Source of the DNA: Nanobdellota archaeon
GTDB taxonomy: Archaea; Nanobdellota; Nanobdellia; Pacearchaeales; GW2011-AR1
Reading direction: 5' to 3'
DNA length: 63,653 bases
Assembly (NCBI GenBank): GCA_018817405.1
Contig: JAHITZ010000046.1
Span: forward strand, 1-63,653
The notes below the pieces were generated by a model. The model was not told the origin of the DNA. It saw only the letters and a program-made list of their open reading frames with translations, and did no database searches. Made by a program: the position numbers and the translations under genes. Shown piece by piece: positions 8,829 through 18,459 of the stretch (positions are counted from its first letter, which is position 1; each line of letters opens with the position of its first letter).

Positions 8829-9182
8829 CTAAACAACAGCAGGTCGTAGCTGGTCATACTCTCCAAGAATCGCCCCAACATACTCAGGTAATTCACTCAT
8901 CTTCTCCCTCACTTCTTCAGGCAAGGGCATATTTCTCCCAATAGGATTAATCACACCTCTTTTACCATTCACAGTGGATAAATCGATCTCAAACAGATAT
9001 TGATAACACAACGAACAAAAGTTCTCTCTCATCCCAACATCCACATTCTCATCAACCAGCCCAAAAAATCCATTACCACCAGATGTATTGGTAACAGTTC
9101 GCTTGTAAAAAACAACATACCTCTCTCCGAGATTATGTGTCTCCTGAGTTTCTCCCTTAACAATTTTTTGCGTAAGCACCAT
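8829..9182 (-). CDS. hypothetical protein
   Basis: 117-aa ORF with ATG start, no recognisable motif. Confidence 0.4.
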   Translation of the reverse strand: MVLTQKIVKGETQETHNLGERYVVFYKRTVTNTSGGNGFFGLVDENVDVGMRENFCSLCYQYLFEIDLSTVNGKRGVINPIGRNMPLPEEVREKMSELPEYVGAILGEYDQLRPAVV

Positions 9183-9218
9183 CTTAAAACATTTCTTTAA
9201 ACATTAATAAAGATTTAT

Positions 9219-10325
9219 CTACTCCAAAGCAAACCTCAGTATCGCCCCAACCCCTTTTGTCAAATTAAAAAACTGCTCACCATCCTGATGGTCTATTCCT
9301 ATTATCACAACCTCAGACCCAATGTTCTCAGCCATTTTCTCAAACTCTTTTTCCTTATCCCTTTCCCATTTCTTAGACATCAACAAAACCTCTACAGCAC
9401 CACGTTCCAAGGCAAGTCGAACATTATCCTCACCATAAACTGCCCGCATCTTATCCTTTCCAAGTGTATTAAAAAAACGCTCTACTATTTTCTTTTCCTT
9501 AATCAGCTCTTGCTCCTGAATCTCTTGCTGCGACGCCTCAACCAAAAGCTCCAAACCATGTTCATCAACATATCCCAAATCCTTTATTGAAATAACCTTT
9601 TCTTTCAGCTTCGTAACCAACTGTCCCTCATCAAGAAAATCTTCTTTCGTTGGAATCGGCCCGCCAACCAGAATCCCCTTCAACCTAGGCATCTCAAAAA
9701 ATATTTTTTTCATTTCAGCTGCAACACGCCTAAAAAATTCCTTAGCCAGTCCTTCTGTAATTCTATGAAATCTTTGTGAGCTCTGCCCCCCTGCCCGAAT
9801 CTTCCCAGGAACCCCCGAAGTCAATTTCTGCAAAACCTTGATTTGGTTTCCCTCTAACAAACCTATTGTCGCCTGCTGTCTGTCAATCACAAGCAACCCG
9901 TAAACTTCTTCAATCCCAACCATTTCTTTCAATGGCTCAATAACAAATTCCTGGTCACACCTGTAAATTTTAACATTCAAAGATTTAAACGGCTCAATCA
10001 CCCACAACTGAATATCTGAATCACCTTCTTTCTGGGAAATATTCCCGCAATAAATCGCAAGCCCGTTAGGTGGAGTTTGCTTCATGCCCTTCAACTCCCG
10101 GATTATAGTATCAAGAGCAGCAATAACATTTTTCCTTGTTGAAGTTGATTTTATGTTTGAAGCCGTGCTTTTCTCACCTTCAATCTGCCGAGTCACAATA
10201 TTAATATTTGCCCCCGCTGGAATCAAGACAGTCACAAGCTCTGTATGCCCTCCCCGAATACTTTCCAGTAGCTCAATCAAGTCTTCAAGTTTCTGCTTTT
10301 CTTTTGCTTCATCTTTTTCTGCCAT
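9219..10325 (-). CDS. prf1: peptide chain release factor aRF1
   Basis: NIKS stop-codon recognition motif and GGQS peptidyl-hydrolysis motif. 368 aa. Confidence 0.9.
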   Translation of the reverse strand: MAEKDEAKEKQKLEDLIELLESIRGGHTELVTVLIPAGANINIVTRQIEGEKSTASNIKSTSTRKNVIAALDTIIRELKGMKQTPPNGLAIYCGNISQKEGDSDIQLWVIEPFKSLNVKIYRCDQEFVIEPLKEMVGIEEVYGLLVIDRQQATIGLLEGNQIKVLQKLTSGVPGKIRAGGQSSQRFHRITEGLAKEFFRRVAAEMKKIFFEMPRLKGILVGGPIPTKEDFLDEGQLVTKLKEKVISIKDLGYVDEHGLELLVEASQQEIQEQELIKEKKIVERFFNTLGKDKMRAVYGEDNVRLALERGAVEVLLMSKKWERDKEKEFEKMAENIGSEVVIIGIDHQDGEQFFNLTKGVGAILRFALE

Positions 10326-10366
10326 TTTAAAGAATAAGAAATAGAGTTAATAAAATTATGCTACCC

Positions 10367-10669
10367 TCAAAGGCCCAAAGTCCCCTGTGTTGGTCTAGGC
10401 TGTTCTTCAGGAAAAAGCAATTGCCTTGCTTCAGGACAATGAATCCTTTGCCCATCTTTTGCTCGTGTAATATCTCTTAGCAACCGCGCGTTCACATCCC
10501 TTTGATTACCATACTTTTTTACAATCACGGCATCCATCAAAGTCAACTTTTTAGGACCAACCTTAGTCATATGCCCATAACTCGCAAATAAAGCCACAAA
10601 ACTCCTCCCCTCAATATGGTCCTCTCCAACATCTTCCCTATGCAAACCATATCTTGTCGCGTCACCCAT
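10367..10669 (-). CDS. hypothetical protein
   Basis: 100-aa ORF. TTTATAAA box and G-rich SD-like box upstream. No recognisable family. Confidence 0.4.
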   Translation of the reverse strand: MGDATRYGLHREDVGEDHIEGRSFVALFASYGHMTKVGPKKLTLMDAVIVKKYGNQRDVNARLLRDITRAKDGQRIHCPEARQLLFPEEQPRPTQGTLGL

Positions 10670-10726
10670 TTTTATCCCCCATTCTTAAACTAAAGAGTTT
10701 ATAAAATTAATCCTTCCGCACCACAA

Positions 10727-11128
10727 CTAATTGCAACTCTCAGTAAAAAATGGCCCATATTCTCCAGCTCCATAACTCATACCGTTTAATGTAACTTCCT
10801 TCCCAACAAGATCAACAATAATAGTTTTAGTTTCTATATCAAAAGAATTGCCCCAATCTCTTGCAAGCTCATATTTAATGTCCTCAAAGATTATATAATA
10901 AATTGTGTTTTCACTTCTCGTACCTTCCAACACAACTTCTGATTCAACAACGCCTGTAATTGTAGTCTCAACCGCAGCAGGCAACATATCCGGCATCACA
11001 TCTATTATTATTGGGCATTCATTATCAGGAATCATATAACTCTCTTCTTCGGGATAAACAACACTTACTATGGCTATTGCTAAAAATGCAACAACAATCA
11101 GTCCAATTATAACGTTTGTTTTTTTCAT
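10727..11128 (-). CDS. hypothetical membrane-anchored protein
   Basis: N-terminal TM helix (VIIGLIVVAFLAIAIVSVV) followed by a soluble domain. Confidence 0.5.
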   Translation of the reverse strand: MKKTNVIIGLIVVAFLAIAIVSVVYPEEESYMIPDNECPIIIDVMPDMLPAAVETTITGVVESEVVLEGTRSENTIYYIIFEDIKYELARDWGNSFDIETKTIIVDLVGKEVTLNGMSYGAGEYGPFFTESCN

Positions 11129-11176
11129 AAATTCTAAAATAATATTTAATACAAAAACCCTGTTATAACTTCGAAC

Positions 11177-13555
11177 TTATTTGAAGTCAACCCCAAACTT
11201 CCCTTCCTTAATCTCTGAAGCATTGACAACAGACTTCAAATCATCCAAAACATCTTTCAAAACCCTCATATCTTCCTTACTCAACATCAACTTCACCGGA
11301 GAATTCATCGCCTTCTTATTCTCTGACTTTACCTGCCTAACTTTCTTCAAAACTTCAATAAACTTATCTCCAACTTTCTCAACTTTCTTAGATCCCTTCA
11401 AATCCAAAGAAGGCCACTCACTAACATGAATGCTCTTTTTTTTCTCGCGCAAAGCAAAATAATTCTGATAAATTTCCTCTGTTATAAAACAAGTTATCGG
11501 CGCTATCATTTTCAAAATCGCCAGAAGCGACTCATACAAAACATACTGCGCAGACTCCTTCTCCTCTTTCATACCATTATATACCCTATTCTTTATAATC
11601 TCCAAGTAATTATCTGTAAAAGTGTTCCAGAAAAACTTTTCAATCTCGCGCTTTGCTCCAGAAATATTATAAGATTCATACGCGCCGTTAACTTTCTCCA
11701 AAGTTCCCGAAAGTTTCTGCATCATCCACTCATCAATTTCAACCAACTTCTTCGGTTTTTTCCCATTAAAATCCTTCAAATGCATAAACACAAACCTCGA
11801 AGCATTCCACAATTTTATAATAAATCTTTGCCCAGCTACCAACTCCTGCTCTTTAAACGGCAAATCAATTCCAATTCCTGCAGAACCAACCCAATACCTA
11901 AACGCGTCAACACCATACTTTTCAATTAACTCGTCAGCCCACAACGCATTCCCTTTACTTTTATGCATTCCTTTTCCATCTGGGTCTAGAACATAAGTCC
12001 CAATCATAACATCTTTCCAGGGAATTCTATTGAACAACAAGTGCGATTTTAAAATCGTATAAAACGCCCAGGTCCTAATAATATCATGCGACTGCGGTCT
12101 CAACGAAAATGGCTTTATTTTCTTATACAACTCTGGGTTTTCCAGCCATTTCCCTGCAACCTCTGGACTATTTGAAGAAGTCATCCATGTATCTAAAACA
12201 TCTTTTTCAGGCCTTGCCTTTTTTTTACATTTTTTACATTTCTTGCCAACTTCAATCGGGTCAACAGGCAGTTCTTTTTCATCTGCAAAAATCACTTCAT
12301 CACATTCCTCGCAATACCAAACCGGAATCGGCACTCCGTAATATCTCTGCCTAGAAATAATCCAATCCCACCCAAGATTTTCAGTCCAATTCTCAAACCT
12401 CGCCCTCATAAATTTAGGATACCACTTGATTTCCCTCGCTCTTTTTATCAGTTCTTCCTTATATTTCAAAGTTTTAACAAACCATTGTTTCGTGACAATG
12501 TATTCAACAGGCGTTCCACAACGCCAGCAACTCCCAACTGTCTGTTCCAACGGCTCCTGACTTTCCAGCCTTCCTTCTTTTTCTAAATCTTCCAGCATCT
12601 TTCTCCTTCCTTCTTCCAAACTCAAACCTTCATACTTTCCAGCCAGTTCATTTAAACTCCCGTCAACATTCAAAATTGACTTCAATTCTAGCTTATGTTT
12701 TTTCCACCACTCAATGTCAGTATTATCTCCAAAAGTACAAACCATAACAACCCCTGTTCCAAAATCCTTGTCAACTTTTTCATCAGTCATAACTTTAACT
12801 TTATGATTAAACAACGGAACAATCAATTCCTTTCCAACTAAATACTTAAATCTCTTATCTTTAGGATGGACAAACACACCGACACATGCTGGCAAAAATT
12901 CAGGACGCGTGGTCGCAATAGTAACTTTTTCGTTTTTAAAATCAAACACATCAAAATAAACATAATTCAACTTCGTTGTCCTGTGCAAGTCTTCAACCTC
13001 TGCCTGAGCTAAAGCTGTCTGATGATGCCCGCACCAAATAACCGGTTCCTCCTTTCTGTAACAATCGCCTTTCTTCACCAACTTCAAAAACGACATCTGC
13101 GAAACTCTCTGCGCCTCTAGCGAAATCGTCGTGTACAACAAAGACCAATCATAACTATGCCCAAGTCTCTTAAAAACATTGTCAGAATATTCTTTTATAA
13201 CCTTCTCTGATTCTTTCAAACAAAGCTTCCTAAACTCTGCCCGATTTGTCTTTGACTTGTCAATTCCCATCTTCTCTTCAACATATTTCTCCGTAGGCAG
13301 ACCATTATTATCAAATCCAGGAGGAAAATAAACCTCTCTTCCAAGCAACCGCATAATCCTCGCCATAATCTCAAACTGCGTATAATGTAAAGCATGCCCG
13401 ACATGCAAATGCCCAGACGACGCATAAGGCGGCGGCGTGTCAATCGAATATATCTTCTTCTTGCTCTTGGGATTGAATTTGTAAATCTTTTCCTTTTCCC
13501 AATACGCTCGCCATTTCTCTTCAATTGCTTTTATGTCTAGTTGTTTCTTTGTCAT
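11177..13555 (-). CDS. valS: valyl-tRNA synthetase
   Basis: IDTPPPYASSGHLHVGH (archaeal ValRS-type HIGH region) and KMHKSKGN (KMSKS). 792 aa. Confidence 0.9.
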   Translation of the reverse strand: MTKKQLDIKAIEEKWRAYWEKEKIYKFNPKSKKKIYSIDTPPPYASSGHLHVGHALHYTQFEIMARIMRLLGREVYFPPGFDNNGLPTEKYVEEKMGIDKSKTNRAEFRKLCLKESEKVIKEYSDNVFKRLGHSYDWSLLYTTISLEAQRVSQMSFLKLVKKGDCYRKEEPVIWCGHHQTALAQAEVEDLHRTTKLNYVYFDVFDFKNEKVTIATTRPEFLPACVGVFVHPKDKRFKYLVGKELIVPLFNHKVKVMTDEKVDKDFGTGVVMVCTFGDNTDIEWWKKHKLELKSILNVDGSLNELAGKYEGLSLEEGRRKMLEDLEKEGRLESQEPLEQTVGSCWRCGTPVEYIVTKQWFVKTLKYKEELIKRAREIKWYPKFMRARFENWTENLGWDWIISRQRYYGVPIPVWYCEECDEVIFADEKELPVDPIEVGKKCKKCKKKARPEKDVLDTWMTSSNSPEVAGKWLENPELYKKIKPFSLRPQSHDIIRTWAFYTILKSHLLFNRIPWKDVMIGTYVLDPDGKGMHKSKGNALWADELIEKYGVDAFRYWVGSAGIGIDLPFKEQELVAGQRFIIKLWNASRFVFMHLKDFNGKKPKKLVEIDEWMMQKLSGTLEKVNGAYESYNISGAKREIEKFFWNTFTDNYLEIIKNRVYNGMKEEKESAQYVLYESLLAILKMIAPITCFITEEIYQNYFALREKKKSIHVSEWPSLDLKGSKKVEKVGDKFIEVLKKVRQVKSENKKAMNSPVKLMLSKEDMRVLKDVLDDLKSVVNASEIKEGKFGVDFK

Positions 13556-13588
13556 ACAAAAAAGATAAGCAGAGAGGGATTAAAAATC

Positions 13589-14356
13589 TTAGGGTTTCGC
13601 GCTTTTCCAAAGCAAATTGAAATATTCCAAGAAGCTATTTGCCACATCTTGTGAATGTATGTAAATAGAAGAAACCTTCTTACCAAAAATTATGATGATT
13701 GTTCTATCTCTATAGAGATTTATGGCTACAGGGGATGTGTGTTCTATGTATTTTGTCATGGTTCCAGAAAACCTTTTAGAAGAATAAAGTTTTGAAGTTG
13801 TCTCCTTCTGATTATAATTAAAAAGCATTTTTGTCTTTATCCCTTTTTCATTTCTCATAACATGCACTTTTTCGAAAAACATTTGCACCCTTTTTTCCAT
13901 TTCTGTCTCACTACCCCAAGTCCCACCAATAACATAACAAGTTTCTCCCTTTTTCAGAGTTTCAACTTGCTCTCGAAAAATAATCTCTAGACCTTTCATC
14001 CCGCTCAATAGTTCAACTTCCTGATCCTCCTTAGATGAGTTAAATTTTTCTAACAACGCCGGAATAATTGATTTGGTTTGTTTTTCAATTTCTAGTATCT
14101 TCTCTTTCTTTTCTTCTAAATAACTCAATATCTGCTTAGGGTTTGTCGGCTTGAAGTGTTTAACCTTGTCATTAATATAAACAGAAACCAAACCTTTTTC
14201 CTGTAGTTTGCTAAGTATATCATACACCTTTGAACCAGCTATGCCAGATTCGTGAACAATATACTTTCTTGTGGAGTCGCCCAAATCCAGCAACGCAAGG
14301 TAAACTCTTGCCTCAGAAGAATTTAATCCGATTTCCTGTAAAATTTGCGTATTCAT
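13589..14356 (-). CDS. TrmB-family transcriptional regulator
   Basis: N-terminal wHTH (GLNSSEARVYLALLDLGDST...). Paralog of 49285-49992 with a shared C-terminal WKSAK. First plausible ATG is 14356. Confidence 0.75.
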   Translation of the reverse strand: MNTQILQEIGLNSSEARVYLALLDLGDSTRKYIVHESGIAGSKVYDILSKLQEKGLVSVYINDKVKHFKPTNPKQILSYLEEKKEKILEIEKQTKSIIPALLEKFNSSKEDQEVELLSGMKGLEIIFREQVETLKKGETCYVIGGTWGSETEMEKRVQMFFEKVHVMRNEKGIKTKMLFNYNQKETTSKLYSSKRFSGTMTKYIEHTSPVAINLYRDRTIIIIFGKKVSSIYIHSQDVANSFLEYFNLLWKSAKP

Positions 14357-14410
14357 AGGACTACCTAAGGTAACCCTAATATTTAAGTATTGTTGTTTTA
14401 TGTTACTACT

Positions 14411-14905
14411 ATGACAAGACATGAAACTAACATGGAGAGAAGAATAAGAAAGGACAAAGGAAGAGAGAAAACAGGCATAGAGAGATTTATAGAAAAGTGG
14501 GCAGTCCATATTGCAGTGCCTCTTATGGGAACGTTGATAGCTATTGGTTCGTATGGTTTAGGAGGAATAAATGAAAGATATAAAATTGAACGTGAAAAAC
14601 CAGAACAGCCGCAACTTAATTATCAAGATTTAGTCGGGTTTGGCAATTCAAATGATGTAATAAAGAAAGACATAAAAACAGTAATGTATGATTTTGGTGG
14701 CGAATCTCTTTTTGTTCTGAGTGATTTAACTCGTGATGGGGAAATTGATCATATGACTGTGCAAAGTTGCGTTCCATACCGGGGACACGAATTAAGTCAC
14801 ATCTATATCAGCAAAGAACTAGCACCAACCTCTAAACAAGATGAAAACTTTACAGTTGTGGATCCTTCCTTTTTTTATACATTTAACAGGCTAGATGAAA
14901 ATTAA
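14411..14905 (+). CDS. hypothetical membrane protein
   Basis: ATG 14411 lies ~28 nt after an AT-rich TATA-like box. One TM helix (AVHIAVPLMGTLIAIGSYGLGG). Confidence 0.45.
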   Translation: MTRHETNMERRIRKDKGREKTGIERFIEKWAVHIAVPLMGTLIAIGSYGLGGINERYKIEREKPEQPQLNYQDLVGFGNSNDVIKKDIKTVMYDFGGESLFVLSDLTRDGEIDHMTVQSCVPYRGHELSHIYISKELAPTSKQDENFTVVDPSFFYTFNRLDEN

Positions 14906-14925
14906 TAGAATAACTTATTAACTTA

Positions 14926-14943
14926 TTTTTTTATTTTTATTTT
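14926..14943 (+). terminator. oligo-T terminator candidate
   Basis: T7, T5 and T4 runs about 20 nt after the stop at 14905. Confidence 0.35.
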
Positions 14944-15037
14944 GGATTAATCAAGCCTTATCCATATTCCACATATCCCCCCGCTAGATAATCCTCACAA
15001 ACCAAAACCTTTTAAACTTCTTATCTTTCAAAATAAC

Positions 15038-15205
15038 ATGCCAAAACAAAACAAAATCCACATGCCTGGAGCATTCGGCGGTCTGATGCGCTACGACGAA
15101 GAATTCAAGTCCCGTTTTATGATTTCACCAAACGTAATTATCGGATTTGTAATTGCAATCATAGTTTTTGTTCTTGCTTTAACACTTTTGTTTCCAGTTG
15201 GATAA
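15038..15205 (+). CDS. secG: preprotein translocase subunit Sec61-beta (SecG)
   Basis: 55 aa: MPKQNKIHMPGAFGGLMRYDEEFKS... plus a C-terminal TM helix, the typical archaeal Sec61-beta layout. TATA-like box ~26 nt upstream. Missing from the ORF track (<60 aa). Confidence 0.7.
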   Translation: MPKQNKIHMPGAFGGLMRYDEEFKSRFMISPNVIIGFVIAIIVFVLALTLLFPVG

Positions 15206-15296
15206 TCACTACTCTCACCCACCCCCCACCCCAAAATCCTACATAATAAAAATCCTCAATTAACTTCTCATAATTATTTCCGATTTACCAATGTCG

Positions 15297-15354
15297 AGAT
15301 TTGCATTTACTTTCTCACGAACTAAAGTATGGAGTTTACGCAAAATGCAAATCT
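15297..15354. repeat. 58-bp palindromic element, family C copy 1
   Basis: 12-bp arms AGATTTGCATTT/AAATGCAAATCT enclose inner stem TACTTT/AAAGTA. The core ACTTTCTCACGAACTAAAGTA is repeated at 20976-21035. Confidence 0.5.
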
Positions 15355-15361
15355 TAATGTG

Positions 15362-15476
15362 TCAAGAACCCTCGGACTAAAGTCCGGGGCGTGTCAGGGT
15401 TCTTGATCATGACCGAGAACCAGCACGCTCACTCCGAACTGAAGTAGGGAGCGTGCGCTTCAATGTCCTCGGCATG
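15362..15476. other. two compound GC-rich stem-loops (candidate structured RNA or nested palindromic elements)
   Basis: 11-bp stem 15362-15372/15396-15406 encloses CGGAC-TAAA-GTCCG. 9-bp bulged stem 15408-15417/15468-15476 encloses the 8-bp stem 15423-15430/15449-15456. Sits in a 390-nt gene-free gap. Confidence 0.35.
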
Positions 15477-15566
15477 TTAATTCTCCTCAATAGTCCATTG
15501 GCCTCAAAGTTTGAAACAATTAAACTATTTGGCAGTTGTAACCCCCGTATCTCCGCCCAACAAAAA

Positions 15567-15575
15567 CTATAAAAA
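15567..15575 (+). promoter_or_regulatory. TATA box for nac
   Basis: CTATAAAAA centred ~26 nt upstream of ATG 15597, a leaderless-type spacing. Confidence 0.5.
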
Positions 15576-15596
15576 CCCATTCCCTTATTCTAAAAC

Positions 15597-15932
15597 ATGT
15601 TCCCAGGACTAGGTGGTATGAACCCAAAAAAAATGCAGGGCATGATGAAACAGCTAGGCATCCAGCAGGAAGAAATCCCTGCAGAAAAAGTAATAATTGA
15701 AACTTCTGACAAAAAAATAATTATAGAAAACCCAAATGTCCAAAAAATAAAAATGCAGGGGCAAGAGTCCTTCCAAATTACAGGTAAGGTAAAAGAAGAA
15801 ACTCAGGAGAATTTCACACAAGAAGATATCAAACTAGTTGCAGAAAAAACCGGCAAATCTGAAGCAGAAGCCCGCACAGCTCTTAAAAAAACAGGCGATA
15901 TTGCAGAAGCGATTGTGAAACTGAGTGAATAA
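15597..15932 (+). CDS. nac: nascent polypeptide-associated complex protein (NAC alpha)
   Basis: NAC domain (KVIIETSDKKIIIENPNVQKIKMQGQESFQITG) plus a C-terminal UBA-like segment (EDIKLVAEKTGKSEAEARTALKKTGDIAEAI). Confidence 0.85.
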   Translation: MFPGLGGMNPKKMQGMMKQLGIQQEEIPAEKVIIETSDKKIIIENPNVQKIKMQGQESFQITGKVKEETQENFTQEDIKLVAEKTGKSEAEARTALKKTGDIAEAIVKLSE

Positions 15933-16042
15933 AATAAAAACAACCACTTCAAAACAGCAACAGCAATTTTCTAGAAAAGTATTTAAACATCCCTTACCTA
16001 TCAAACCCCGAGCTAAATGGATTATACGGTATAGAGATATCT

Positions 16043-16468
16043 ATGGAAGGAATTATAAAAGAGAAAATTAGTGCTGATCATCTTCTTTACGTGAGTTTGA
16101 AGTACACAAAAACATGTGATGTAATCATTAATCTGCTCTCTCGCTGGAAAAAAATGATAGAAAGATGTATTGACAGGCTGGTTGCAAAGGCAAAAAAAGA
16201 CAAAAAATGGAAACCAGTCCCAGATGCTCCCCGCGCTAAACTAATTCAATTGAAAAAAATCTATGCAAATGTTCCAGAAGTGCTGGAAACACTCGAGATA
16301 TACGAAGTGTTCAGAGACATTGATAAATTAGAAAAAGTCCGCGAAAATGAATTCAGAAAGGGAGTCAACCTAAGAGTTACCTACAAAGGAAAACCAACAA
16401 ACATCAATTTAAATCAATTAAAAGAATATGCAATTATTCTAGAAAGGTTTATAAGCTATATCAAATAA
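16043..16468 (+). CDS. hypothetical protein
   Basis: 141-aa ORF directly upstream of minD. No motif recognised. Confidence 0.45.
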   Translation: MEGIIKEKISADHLLYVSLKYTKTCDVIINLLSRWKKMIERCIDRLVAKAKKDKKWKPVPDAPRAKLIQLKKIYANVPEVLETLEIYEVFRDIDKLEKVRENEFRKGVNLRVTYKGKPTNINLNQLKEYAIILERFISYIK

Positions 16469-16517
16469 TTTCTTCTACTTGAGTAGGGCCACACAAAAAA
16501 TTATAAAAGAATACAAA

Positions 16518-17276
16518 ATGAGTAGATTAATAACAATAACATCTGGAAAGGGGGGGGTTGGTAAAACAACAACATCTATTAACCTTGCCACAGCCCTGAA
16601 CTCTTTTGGAAAAGATGTCATAGTGGTTGACGCGAATCTTACAACTCCAAATATAGGCTTGCATTTAGGGGCCCCGATAGTTCCGATAAGCTTAAATCAC
16701 ATTCTTCTAGGCAAGGCAAAAGTTGCAGAAGCTATTTACGAACACGAATCAGGGACAAAAGTCATCCCATCCTCTCTTTCTATTAACGAATTAAGACGAA
16801 TCAACCACAAAAAACTAAAAGATGTCGGTAAAAAATTAAGAAGAATGGCAGACATAACCATCTACGATTCAGCAGCAGGACTCGGAGAAGAAGCAATCGC
16901 AGCAATGGAATCCGCAGACGAATTAATCATTGTCACTAATCCTGAGATTCCTGCAGTCACAGATGCACTAAAAACTTCAAAACTAATAGAACAGCTCGGC
17001 AAATCTGTAAAGGGAGTCATAGTAACTCGCGTCAAAAAAAACTCAAAAACTCAAATGCCAATCTCAAACATCGCAGAAATGCTAGAGCTACCCATACTTG
17101 GAGTCATCCCAGAAGACGAACGCATCCAGCAATCCCTCGTAATGAAAGATGCACTCGTCCATACCCACCCAAAGTCCAAACCAGCTCTTGCATATAAAAA
17201 AATCGCAGCAAAATTAGTAAACATGGAATTCAACGAAAAACCCAGCTTCTTTGATAAGTTGTTTGGTAGGTACTAA
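16518..17276 (+). CDS. minD: MinD/ParA-family ATPase
   Basis: Deviant Walker A SGKGGVGKTT. Start placed at ATG 16518 (track start 16479 is TTG). Confidence 0.85.
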   Translation: MSRLITITSGKGGVGKTTTSINLATALNSFGKDVIVVDANLTTPNIGLHLGAPIVPISLNHILLGKAKVAEAIYEHESGTKVIPSSLSINELRRINHKKLKDVGKKLRRMADITIYDSAAGLGEEAIAAMESADELIIVTNPEIPAVTDALKTSKLIEQLGKSVKGVIVTRVKKNSKTQMPISNIAEMLELPILGVIPEDERIQQSLVMKDALVHTHPKSKPALAYKKIAAKLVNMEFNEKPSFFDKLFGRY

Positions 17277-17282
17277 CCTAAA

Positions 17283-17290
17283 CTATATAA
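17283..17290 (+). promoter_or_regulatory. TATA box
   Basis: CTATATAA centred ~26 nt upstream of ATG 17313. Confidence 0.45.
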
Positions 17291-17312
17291 ACCTCCCTGA
17301 CTTAATTACAAA

Positions 17313-17864
17313 ATGAAAAAAGAGCAGTGGATTATAGCTATCATAATAATTCTTGCAATTATTGGTTATTTTGCTTTTGTGAAAGATGTTGCTTTATTGA
17401 GCTCTTTTGAAAGTGATGTTAATTCTGAAGAAATTGATTTTGGTATCAAACCACCACCTCCATCGCAGCTCCCGAATTTTGAATGTAATCCTCCATGTAA
17501 TTTTCCTGATGAAGTAATGGGTTTTGGTGAATCTAATGATTATGAGCTTGAAACTAATGATGACTGTTCGAGTGATAGTGAATGCGAAACCCTTTGTCAA
17601 CCTTTAGCAGAAATTAACGAAGATAGGGCTTGCGACGATGCAGGCGATGATATTCGAAAAAATTTTAAATGTGACCAACCGCCTGAAGGATCTGGATTTA
17701 TTTGTACAAGAAGCCTCGAAATGGGTAATTGTTATATTACTATAGAATCTGAAGCGTCGGGGGACTGTGTAGGGGTATTTGATCCGGAATGTGTTTGTTT
17801 TGCCACTGGTGCGCATGCAAGAAAAGATGCTGAGTTTTGCTGTTCTAAAAGTGCTACTTATTAG
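17313..17864 (+). CDS. secreted acidic Cys-rich protein
   Basis: N-terminal signal anchor, then a D/E- and Cys-rich sequence. Confidence 0.5.
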   Translation: MKKEQWIIAIIIILAIIGYFAFVKDVALLSSFESDVNSEEIDFGIKPPPPSQLPNFECNPPCNFPDEVMGFGESNDYELETNDDCSSDSECETLCQPLAEINEDRACDDAGDDIRKNFKCDQPPEGSGFICTRSLEMGNCYITIESEASGDCVGVFDPECVCFATGAHARKDAEFCCSKSATY

Positions 17865-18267
17865 GTCCAGTAAGATTAATCAACTTATGATAATCCACCG
17901 CTTCGCGACCATTCAGTCCAGAATAACCTTCTAAAAAACACAAGTCTTTACTTCCATCTTTGCTTTCTTTTACAACTCCTCCGATAACTCTGTTACCGAA
18001 TTTAAAACTTATTCTGTTGTTTAACATTCCACCCATATATGAATATCGATATGACCAGGCCATAGTACAATCCTCAACCGCCTCTGGCAAAATCGCCCTG
18101 CAAACCGCATTGTTCGTCCCAACCAAAGCAGCCAGCCCAATCAAAACCTTAGCCCTTCTAGATAACCTTCTCCTCTTCCCCTTCACTGGAGCATAATTAA
18201 GCCTTCCACTAAAACATTCTTCCCCATCAGCCAATTCTGCCAAAGGTGCTTCGTTTTCTCTTTCCAT
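17854..18267 (-). CDS. hypothetical protein
   Basis: 137-aa ORF. ATG start with a TATA-like box ~35 nt upstream. Confidence 0.4.
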   Translation of the reverse strand: MERENEAPLAELADGEECFSGRLNYAPVKGKRRRLSRRAKVLIGLAALVGTNNAVCRAILPEAVEDCTMAWSYRYSYMGGMLNNRISFKFGNRVIGGVVKESKDGSKDLCFLEGYSGLNGREAVDYHKLINLTGPNK

Positions 18268-18459
18268 AAAAACCCCTCTTCATCTCATTATAAAAACCTT
18301 TCGAATCTCACAGCTCTGTTAAAAATCTCGATATCTGAAAGTCTCTTCAATTAACAATATCCAGATATCGCGCGGGTGGGCGGTTGGGTAGTCAGATAGT
18401 GGGGCAAATTCCGACCACTTTTTCAATAGAACCGAATCTCACTACTCTCCTAAATAACA

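Noticed and set aside
11426-11929. 167-aa + strand ORF inside valS
   Set aside because: It is antisense to valS and has no promoter or RBS context, so it is a shadow ORF. The same reasoning applies to 11181-11429, 12109-12354 and 13216-13524.
15362-15476. H/ACA or C/D box guide sRNA
   Set aside because: The internal loops are one-sided, so there is no two-sided pseudouridylation pocket. I found no properly placed ACA box and no C (RUGAUGA) / D (CUGA) box pairs. An isolated TGATGA at 2507-2512 also lacks a partner D box.
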